A stretch of 64,000 nt of DNA from positions 1,771 through 65,770 of the forward strand of contig WTCE01000107.1 in NCBI GenBank assembly GCA_013138735.1, read 5' to 3'. Numbering within the stretch: the stretch's first letter is position 1; each line of letters starts with the position of its first letter. The position numbers were made by a program, and so were the translations under genes. This document shows positions 59,001 to 64,000 of this stretch, piece after piece. The notes under the pieces are model-generated. The model made no database searches, had not been told where the DNA came from, and was given only the letters and a program-made list of their open reading frames with translations. Source of the stretch: Crocinitomix sp. GTDB taxonomy: Bacteria > Bacteroidota > Bacteroidia > Flavobacteriales_D > Crocinitomicaceae.

Positions 59001-61457
59001 ATGCAAATTACTCAATCTATAGCAAATGCATTAATCCGGTCAATGTGTCTTGTGGTTTTTTGCTGTTCAGGGTTTGTATATGGTCAGGAAGAGGAATTGC
59101 TTGAATTTCCCGTAGAAAGTGCACCCAAAAAAGGTGAAACCATCATTACGAGAGTTGATGGAGCGTATGCCTTAAAAAGAGATGACTCAACCTTTGTTGT
59201 TGGTGATTATAATAGGATTGAAAAACTTAGTAATCGCGCGTTTCTTGTAAAAACAGAAGGTAAATGCGGTCTAATTAATGAAGATGGCCTTTTAATTATT
59301 CCCCTTAAATACAGTTCTATTGCTTATATAAATAAGAAGCATTCAAATGATCTTCTCATAAAAAAGGGAAATAAATATGGTTTGATGAATGATTCAGGGG
59401 ATTTACTATTGCCCACCAAATATTGTGAGATTTACTATGGGAACTCGTTTAGTAAACTCTATCTAGTTAGAGATAAAAAGGGGAGGTTGCAACTATTAAT
59501 GGGTGCAAAGCCTGAACTATTAACAGGAATAGACAAATTAACTTTTTTCAAAGACGGCGCGCTAATTGAAAAAGCAGGAAAATTTGGTTTCATTCATCAA
59601 GGAACACTTACAATTCAACCTGAATATGATGGAATTGAAGTTGAAATGAGCACAAAAAGTGCAACGCATTTAGCAAACGACAGCTATTATAAAAGCCTTA
59701 CTCAAAATGCCATTCATGCTGTTGTAGTCGAAAAAGATGGAAAAAAGGAGCTTTACAAAGTTAACGGGGGAAATGTTTTTGATACCGACTTAGACGAAAT
59801 AAAATTCGATAACCTTAGAAAAGTATACACAGTAAAACGTGGAGACAAATGGGGGGCTTACATCCCAATTTATGATACGAAAATTGACCTGATTTATGAT
59901 CGTGTTTACTTGTTTGGAATGGATCGTCTCTCACCTATCAAAGATGGCAAACAAGGTGTAATAGATTATTCGGGTAAGACTATAATTCCATGCGCGTATA
60001 GCTCTGTTCAAGAACAATTAACCGGTGATTTCATAGTGAAAAACGGCGGTAAATCTGGCCTCATCAGCAAATCTGGAGAAGCCATTTTTCCTGTTGAATA
60101 TGATAAAATTGAAAAAATCTTTTCTAACCGAAAGCTTTATAACCACTACCATGTTGCCCGTAATGGACTTGTAGGCATCATCATGCCCGGTGAGATAATT
60201 GTCCCTATTGCATTTAAAACTATTCTAGAAAAGGCCGATTATTTTATCGTAGAAAAGGCCGGATTATTTGGAATCTATAATTTTGAGGGACTAGAAATAC
60301 TCGCTCCGATTTACGATAAGGTATTTGAGAGCAGAACGAATAAAAGTAACATAATTATTACTAGAAAAGGGAAGGAATTAGCTCTTGTCAATCAATCTAA
60401 AAACCCCATACTATTAGATCATTTAAAAACAATTCGATACATCAACAATAGCTATAATTTAAACAACTCCGCATCCGAAAATAAGACGACAGCTTTTTTA
60501 GGCGTACAAAGTGAAAATGGAAAATGGGGGGTTTTTGAAGAGCTGAAGCCTAAGTTGGTCGTCCCGATCATTTATGATGAAATAATTCAAAGGTTAGACT
60601 TAGAAAAAAGCACTTATTTCATTGTAATGCAGGACAATAAAATGGGTGTAATTAATTCAAAAAATGAAATTCTAATCCCAATTGAATACCAAAGCCTCGA
60701 CTTCGATAATGTATCTGCTCAAACAATAACTGAACCTTTCGAAGTTAATATTGTTGCGAAAAAAAATGGTAAATACGGTTTGATCGATTTAGAGAATAAT
60801 ACTATGATTCCTTTTAAATATCATCACCTTGCAAAAATAAGTTTTGATGACATTTATAAGGCCAAAACCAAAACTACTTATCGGGTGATTAATAGCAATA
60901 ATGAAAAGATTTTTGAGACTGAGTTCGATAATATTGGAATTTTCGAAAAAGAAACTGCACTCACTTTTAAGGCTGGAAAAATGCGTGTCATTAATCAAAG
61001 CGGCACTTATATAACGGACGCTAAACCTATGACATACCATCAAGGTTATCGCACTTTTGAAGCGCTTAAAATTGATCTTATTAATGCTTTGAATAGTAAA
61101 AGTAATGCCCAACTTTCTGATTTTGCACATAAAATAACACCGAGTAAGCATATGCTCTATCTTTATTCTAAATCCTCACATACCAAAGCTTATTTAGAAT
61201 ATTCGTCCCCTAAAAAAATTGGTAAGCGTTATTATGAAGTGCTTTTAGAAATTAAAGGCGCGTGGAACAGTGGTTCATTTGATCATAAAAAGTTGACGAA
61301 AGTTGAGGATTACACCTATTTCTCTGGCAAGTTTTATTCAAATTCACTAAAAATATATGAGGATTATGGCAGTCGAGAATTAGGATGGATCTTAAGTGAT
61401 GCTGTCCGTTTAGATGGCTTTTGGGTAAGCACTTTCTTTTTGAAGCACCGCTTTTAA
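59001..61457 (+). CDS. WG-repeat-containing exported protein
   Basis: Repeated K.GKYG.I...G..IIP..Y units. Confidence 0.85.
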   Translation: MQITQSIANALIRSMCLVVFCCSGFVYGQEEELLEFPVESAPKKGETIITRVDGAYALKRDDSTFVVGDYNRIEKLSNRAFLVKTEGKCGLINEDGLLIIPLKYSSIAYINKKHSNDLLIKKGNKYGLMNDSGDLLLPTKYCEIYYGNSFSKLYLVRDKKGRLQLLMGAKPELLTGIDKLTFFKDGALIEKAGKFGFIHQGTLTIQPEYDGIEVEMSTKSATHLANDSYYKSLTQNAIHAVVVEKDGKKELYKVNGGNVFDTDLDEIKFDNLRKVYTVKRGDKWGAYIPIYDTKIDLIYDRVYLFGMDRLSPIKDGKQGVIDYSGKTIIPCAYSSVQEQLTGDFIVKNGGKSGLISKSGEAIFPVEYDKIEKIFSNRKLYNHYHVARNGLVGIIMPGEIIVPIAFKTILEKADYFIVEKAGLFGIYNFEGLEILAPIYDKVFESRTNKSNIIITRKGKELALVNQSKNPILLDHLKTIRYINNSYNLNNSASENKTTAFLGVQSENGKWGVFEELKPKLVVPIIYDEIIQRLDLEKSTYFIVMQDNKMGVINSKNEILIPIEYQSLDFDNVSAQTITEPFEVNIVAKKNGKYGLIDLENNTMIPFKYHHLAKISFDDIYKAKTKTTYRVINSNNEKIFETEFDNIGIFEKETALTFKAGKMRVINQSGTYITDAKPMTYHQGYRTFEALKIDLINALNSKSNAQLSDFAHKITPSKHMLYLYSKSSHTKAYLEYSSPKKIGKRYYEVLLEIKGAWNSGSFDHKKLTKVEDYTYFSGKFYSNSLKIYEDYGSRELGWILSDAVRLDGFWVSTFFLKHRF

Positions 61458-61461
61458 ACCG

Positions 61462-62181
61462 CTACTGAATAATATTATCTTCCTCCACCAAGTTCTCATT
61501 TCTAAACTTCAAGAACAACTGAATGAGGGCAATCACATCTTTTTGGCAATACACCACTATGCGCTCTAGGTCGTTTTCTTCGTAATAAACACGCGCTACA
61601 TCTGCTCCTGTAATATCATCCTTTGGCGTGGGCACATTAAATATATGGCACAATAAACTCATGGATGTATAATGTTTATAGTCGCCGAATTTCCACAATT
61701 CCATGGTGTCTAAATGATTAATTTCCCAAGGCTTTTTGCCTGCAATATCCAAAGCGGCAGGTAAATCAATTCCGTGAATTAACATCCTTCTCGCCAAGAA
61801 CGGAAAATCAAATTCTTTAGCATTATGCCCACATAAAATATGATGAGGTGCATTATATCTTTCATTCAACATTTTGGCAAACTCAAGCAACAATTCCTTT
61901 TCATCATCTCCTGCAAAAGATTTCATTCGAATGCTTTTTCCATCTTCAGTATGGTGCACAATTCCGCAAGAAATACAAACAATTTTACCGAACTCTGCAA
62001 AGATCCCTGCCTTTTCATAAATTTCGTCATTCGATAATTCATCCCGTTCTTGAATGTATTTGTTTTTGTGTAAATACAACTCGGCGGTTTTGGAATCTAG
62101 TTCACTAAATTTATAGAGTTGTGGCACTGTTTCAATATCTAAAAATAGAATCTTTTCGAGGTTTATTTTTTTTAGTTGCAT
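61462..62181 (-). CDS. Predicted 3'-5' exonuclease (PolB-like DnaQ superfamily)
   Basis: ExoI FLDIETVP; ExoII GHNAKEFDFPF; ExoIII YCQKDV. Confidence 0.9.
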   Translation of the reverse strand: MQLKKINLEKILFLDIETVPQLYKFSELDSKTAELYLHKNKYIQERDELSNDEIYEKAGIFAEFGKIVCISCGIVHHTEDGKSIRMKSFAGDDEKELLLEFAKMLNERYNAPHHILCGHNAKEFDFPFLARRMLIHGIDLPAALDIAGKKPWEINHLDTMELWKFGDYKHYTSMSLLCHIFNVPTPKDDITGADVARVYYEENDLERIVVYCQKDVIALIQLFLKFRNENLVEEDNIIQ

Positions 62182-62465
62182 GGGCGATTTTGTTTATTGG
62201 AACTAATTTAGTGAAAAATATTATTGGGATCAATTTATTGGGTTTTGATGTTTGATTTAACTTCAAAAAAAATTGTAGCTTAACAAAAAAGAACTTATGA
62301 AAACAATTAACAAGGCAAAAATATCCGACAATGCTTTTAAAGCAACGGAGGGATGTATTAAAATCTAGCGTTTATTTCATTAGGTATAAATAGTTGCCAG
62401 CCAACCATTTCAAAAGCAGTTCCGTATTAAAGGAAAGGCGACCTTTGCCATTAAACGATAACCCA

Positions 62466-63272
62466 ATGAAACAATTATTCCTTAGCTTATTACTTTTTTC
62501 AGCCATTGGCACTTGCAAGGCACAATCCTATTATTTTACTTGTGGCGATTTCGACTATGCTGCCTACTCGGGCGGAGGCACCTTTGAAAATGTCGCTGAA
62601 AGTGGAGTAGATATTTCTATTTCAGGTTTGGCCGCGGACTGGTGTAACGGCATATCCTTTGTTACTGGAATTAATAATGGCGTCAATGATGGTGTTGTGC
62701 ACACCTACACCTATACTTTTTCTGAAGCAGTTGATGTAAGCTTTTCAATCAGTAATATTAACGTTGATGCCGAATTACCGTGTTATAGTGATCTCTTGGT
62801 TTTTTCAGGTGACCCCATTTTTAACGATCCCTCAAATGTTACAGTTGATGGAGACAGCATCATTCCAATGATTGGTCTCGGAATGCCAGCATATGTCGGA
62901 ATTAGTTATGAGAATATTACAAGCTTTACAATTACCCATGGTGATGGCGGGGCAATTTGTAATCCAGGTTATGTTATGATTTCAAATATGAATTTCAACA
63001 AAGTTGAACAGCATTTGGATGTTGCACAATTGGATAAAAGTGAGTCTTACATCCTGAATTCATTTGTTCAAGAAAAACTTATTTTAAAAGGCGATTTTGA
63101 AGAACTTCCAGAACTATCCGTCGTCGATATTATGGGTAGAAAAATGAACGTATCATACACTGAAGGTGATGGCATTATCGTGGATGTTGCAATTTTACCA
63201 AACGGTCAGTACTTCTTGTATTATGAAGAAAACGAGGGGATCAAAGTGGCCCGTTTTATCGTTAGTCACTAA
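62466..63272 (+). CDS. Exported protein with a T9SS type A CTD-like C-terminus
   Basis: MKQLFLSLLLFSAIGTCKAQ signal peptide; VVDIMGRK...LPNGQYFL; track start 62394 is upstream of the likely ATG. Confidence 0.8.
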   Translation: MKQLFLSLLLFSAIGTCKAQSYYFTCGDFDYAAYSGGGTFENVAESGVDISISGLAADWCNGISFVTGINNGVNDGVVHTYTYTFSEAVDVSFSISNINVDAELPCYSDLLVFSGDPIFNDPSNVTVDGDSIIPMIGLGMPAYVGISYENITSFTITHGDGGAICNPGYVMISNMNFNKVEQHLDVAQLDKSESYILNSFVQEKLILKGDFEELPELSVVDIMGRKMNVSYTEGDGIIVDVAILPNGQYFLYYEENEGIKVARFIVSH

Positions 63273-63550
63273 TTGCTTTTTTTGACCTTCATAACTTCAC
63301 CCCTATTATGCAAACAACATGTAACTCCGCTGGGTTTGTTTGCAATCCCCTCCGCATTATCGTTCTAAATTGATCATTAAAATACATTTGTGCTTATTTG
63401 GGATTAAAAATTCTTTCATTTTTTTAAACGCAGGGTTGCAATCCCAGCGAAGCGGCTTGTATAAACAGTTTCTAGTTTTCAACTCCCTTTAGTTTTTAAT
63501 TTCCAACCCTTATGTAAATAATTACGTGATGAATATATAACACAAAGCTT

Positions 63551-64000
63551 ATGCGCAAAATTCTCATTCTCACACTTATTTTATCCTCTTCATATTCTGC
63601 TAAGGCGCAAGAAACTGGTTGGGTAGATGAAGGAGCCACTTGGCATTATAATTTTTGGAACCTTTTCGTGCAAGGATACTATGAATATAATTATACATAC
63701 GATACGTTAATTGAAGGGCATACCTGCCAAGTGATTGAAGGAGAACGGCACATGTACGCTGAAAGTCCTGAATTAGAACTATTAAGTGTCTCGTCATTAC
63801 CCACACAATATGTTTACATGTCTGGAGATACTCTTTTCTACAGAGACCATGATGCATTTTTTGTGATGCTAAATTTTAATGCCGAAGTCGGAGATACTTG
63901 GATCATTTCTACCACGAACACAGGTTTTGAAATGTGTGACGACACATCCCGAGTCGAACTATTGGAAATTGGAACTATTACTATTGATGGCGTTGTTTAC
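63551..64000 (+). CDS. Exported protein, partial (runs off window end); not in ORF track
   Basis: Manual translation MRKILILTLILSSSYSAKAQETGWVDEGATWHY..., open to 64000. Confidence 0.8.
   Translation, partial: MRKILILTLILSSSYSAKAQETGWVDEGATWHYNFWNLFVQGYYEYNYTYDTLIEGHTCQVIEGERHMYAESPELELLSVSSLPTQYVYMSGDTLFYRDHDAFFVMLNFNAEVGDTWIISTTNTGFEMCDDTSRVELLEIGTITIDGVVY

Noticed and set aside
1501-62108. Many short antisense or nested ORFs in the track (e.g. 7951-8271, 34331-34669, 37809-38192, 49983-50375)
   Set aside because: Shadow ORFs overlapping confidently assigned genes, with no motifs of their own
63308-63373. 21-aa ORF MQTTCNSAGFVCNPLRIIVLN and a TGCAAACAA/TTGTTTGCA inverted repeat
   Set aside because: No supporting promoter, terminator or partner gene; better explained as an intergenic hairpin

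Overview
AT-rich, gene-dense chromosome segment of a Bacteroidota bacterium. The Flavobacteriales/Crocinitomicaceae-like placement is an inference from the T9SS genes, TAnnTTTG promoters and REP-type repeats. Housekeeping genes include an acyl-CoA synthetase, nadC, rimK, purH and mreBCD-mrdA-rodA. They are interleaved with T9SS components and cargo, three ECF sigma factors, many lipoproteins, one ISL3/ISAon1-type element and several pseudogene or duplication scars. No rRNA, tRNA or CRISPR array was seen. Two candidate systems stand out. (1) A SigZ-type ECF sigma factor with a Cys-rich tail (58397-58930) lies upstream of a 27-aa, 9-Cys metallothionein-like ORF (58229-58312, minus) that the ORF track missed. 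Both genes share the same GCGTC-N15-CGT(C/T) promoter, and the peptide has its own terminator. (2) An ECF sigma factor is coupled to an anti-sigma-like protein with a TM helix, a low-complexity tether and a C-terminal PorP/SprF T9SS beta-barrel (1825-4025), followed by a free PorP/SprF paralogue. All functional calls come from motif recognition by eye; no database searches were run.
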